From: an uncultured delta proteobacterium
GTDB lineage: Bacteria; Desulfobacterota; Desulfomonilia; UBA1062
Assembly: GCA_963785235.1 (NCBI GenBank)
Contig: CAWAUM010000001.1
Location: 384,001-448,000, forward strand
DNA length: 64,000 bases
Direction of reading: 5' to 3'
In this document: positions 62,436 to 64,000 of the stretch, piece by piece
Position numbering within the stretch: position 1 is the stretch's first letter
Layout: each line of letters starts with the position of its first letter
Notes under the pieces: generated by a model
What the model was told of the DNA's origin: nothing
Databases searched by the model: none
Seen by the model: only the letters and a program-made list of their open reading frames with translations
Made by a program: the position numbers and the translations under genes

Positions 62436-63020
62436 ATGAGTAAAAAGGACAGAAGGATCATTCTCATCTGCCAGTGCCTTGTAAACCCTTATTGCAGGGT
62501 GCACATTTTAGGACAGAACTTCCCCTTATCCCTTGAAGTCACCGACTACCTCCTGAGAAAGAACGTTGGCATCATCCAGTATCCCTGTCCCGAGACTACT
62601 GCCATGGGTCTGATGCGTAACCCCCAGGGCCGCCAGCAATACGACAACATCTTCTTCCGCAGCCACTGCAAGGAGTTGCTCCAGGTGCCCATGCTCATGG
62701 TCAGGGAATTCCTCAAGAACCGCTACCGCCTGTGCTGCTTCATCGGCCTGGAAAACAGCCCCACCTGCGGCATCCACTGGGGTCGGCACAAGGTGAACAG
62801 GTATGGCACCGAGTCGCCCAACACCGACGAGGGGTATGGGAAAAACCCCAAAGACCCAGTTCTCCGGGGAATCATGGCCGAGATCCTGGAGGAGGAACTG
62901 GCCAAGGAGGGGATCACAACCCCATTCCTGGAACTGCCGGCCCTTTCTCCTGCCGATTCGGACAAGAGGAAACAGTTCTGGAAAGATCTTGAGGATGCAC
63001 TTTATTATATTCCCGAATAA
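62436..63020 (+). CDS. DUF523 / TudS-related putative desulfidase
   Basis: QCLVN, IIQYPCPE, SPTCG, GIMAE. Confidence 0.65.
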   Translation: MSKKDRRIILICQCLVNPYCRVHILGQNFPLSLEVTDYLLRKNVGIIQYPCPETTAMGLMRNPQGRQQYDNIFFRSHCKELLQVPMLMVREFLKNRYRLCCFIGLENSPTCGIHWGRHKVNRYGTESPNTDEGYGKNPKDPVLRGIMAEILEEELAKEGITTPFLELPALSPADSDKRKQFWKDLEDALYYIPE

Positions 63021-63156
63021 GAGCAGGTAGCATCTTGAGATCCCTCTACCTGTGATATTACACATCCTGTTTTCAAAGATACCGCAGGATGCTTCACACT
63101 ACTGATCCGCGAAAGTTTTGGGGCACATTATTACAAAAGAATTCAAGGGGGATACC

Positions 63157-63807
63157 ATGGAAATGGATACACGAAGCTCTCAGTTTATAGTCTTCTTTAT
63201 TTTCATTTCCTTGCTCCTCATACCAGGATATGAAACAGCAATGGCAATTGAAGAGGCATTCTACACAGTAATTGAAAAAAATGGGGATTTTGAGCTTAGA
63301 CAATATGTGCCTCAAATCGTAGCAGAGACTATTGTTGAAGGGGATTTCGATAAGGTCGGAAATGAAGGATTCTCCAGGCTCTTCGGTTATATCTCGGGCA
63401 ACAACACAAAAAAGCAATCGATTTCAATGACTGCCCCGGTGTCACAGGAGGCAGGTTCAGAAAAAATTCCCATGACTGCACCCGTTAACCAGGAACAGGT
63501 CGGCAACAAGTGGCATATCAGTTTCTTAATGCCATCCAACTACACGTTGGAGACCCTGCCTGAACCGACTGACAAGAGGATTATACTGAAACAGATTCCC
63601 TCTCGAAACGTTGCTGCGATTATCTATTCCGGCACATGGAGTAGATCGCGTTATGAGGAACACAAAGCCATTCTGGAGAAAGCCATGAGCAACAGAAAGC
63701 TGAAACCTGTTGGTGAGTATATATTTGCACGATACAATCCTCCTTTCATGCCGTGGTTTTTACGACGAAACGAGGTGCTGGTCAGCGTTGAGTTATTTCA
63801 TGAGTGA
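63157..63807 (+). CDS. SOUL heme-binding protein
   Basis: FELRQY, GFSRLFGYISG.N, ISMTAPV, FLMPS.YT..TLPEP, ARYNPPF..WFLRRNEVL. Confidence 0.9.
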   Translation: MEMDTRSSQFIVFFIFISLLLIPGYETAMAIEEAFYTVIEKNGDFELRQYVPQIVAETIVEGDFDKVGNEGFSRLFGYISGNNTKKQSISMTAPVSQEAGSEKIPMTAPVNQEQVGNKWHISFLMPSNYTLETLPEPTDKRIILKQIPSRNVAAIIYSGTWSRSRYEEHKAILEKAMSNRKLKPVGEYIFARYNPPFMPWFLRRNEVLVSVELFHE

Positions 63808-63821
63808 AAGGAGCTGTTCCC

Positions 63822-64000
63822 ATGTCGAAGGAACATATGCCACGTGTTTTGACACAGGATATCGGTGATGCAGACCTGTCTTATCTGCTCTATGAGGGTG
63901 AAGGACCTCCCCTTGTTCTTCTCCACGCCACTGGTTTTCTTCCCTGGTTGTGGCACCCGATTGCAAGGAAGCTCGCGCCAGAGTGGCGAGTTATTGCACC
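63822..64000 (+). CDS. Alpha/beta hydrolase, 5' part (runs off the window)
   Basis: AAGGAG RBS; MSKEHMP...GEGPPLVLLHATGFLPWLWHPIAR. Confidence 0.8.
   Translation, partial: MSKEHMPRVLTQDIGDADLSYLLYEGEGPPLVLLHATGFLPWLWHPIARKLAPEWRVIA

Overview
64 kb of bacterial chromosome. Gene content and GGAGG-type RBSs suggest an anaerobic Desulfobacterota/'Deltaproteobacteria'-type genome (inference). Scattered single-base frameshifts point to a long-read or MAG consensus. Contents in order: HEAT-repeat protein, Liv-type binding protein, GNAT, AhpF-like PDO-TrxR fusion, DinJ/YafQ toxin-antitoxin pair, Ntn hydrolase, Rrf2-cydAB, receiver/HU/PAS genes, a 2-hydroxyacyl-CoA dehydratase + activase operon, a 147-bp MITE, a TetR-SDR-DUF362-split transketolase-SCP2 operon, ybaK, degP and queG. 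Next come a garbled ~6 kb MCP/PAS/LuxR island interleaved with fragments of its downstream neighbour, rRNA-modification genes, a CDF transporter, a surface-protein locus, a FadR-controlled corrinoid methyltransferase operon, and a cyclopropane/furan-fatty-acid-type cluster with a DUF1365-Cfa fusion. No rRNA, tRNA or CRISPR was seen. The best candidate for an undescribed system is 40.1-48.0 kb. It encodes a CsgG/FlgO-like TPR protein, an outer-membrane beta-barrel and two modular lipoproteins that share an N-terminal 'GGPWSCD' domain. The CsgG-like gene sits behind a near-consensus promoter and an ops/JUMPstart-like leader. All family assignments come from motif recognition by eye, not database searches.
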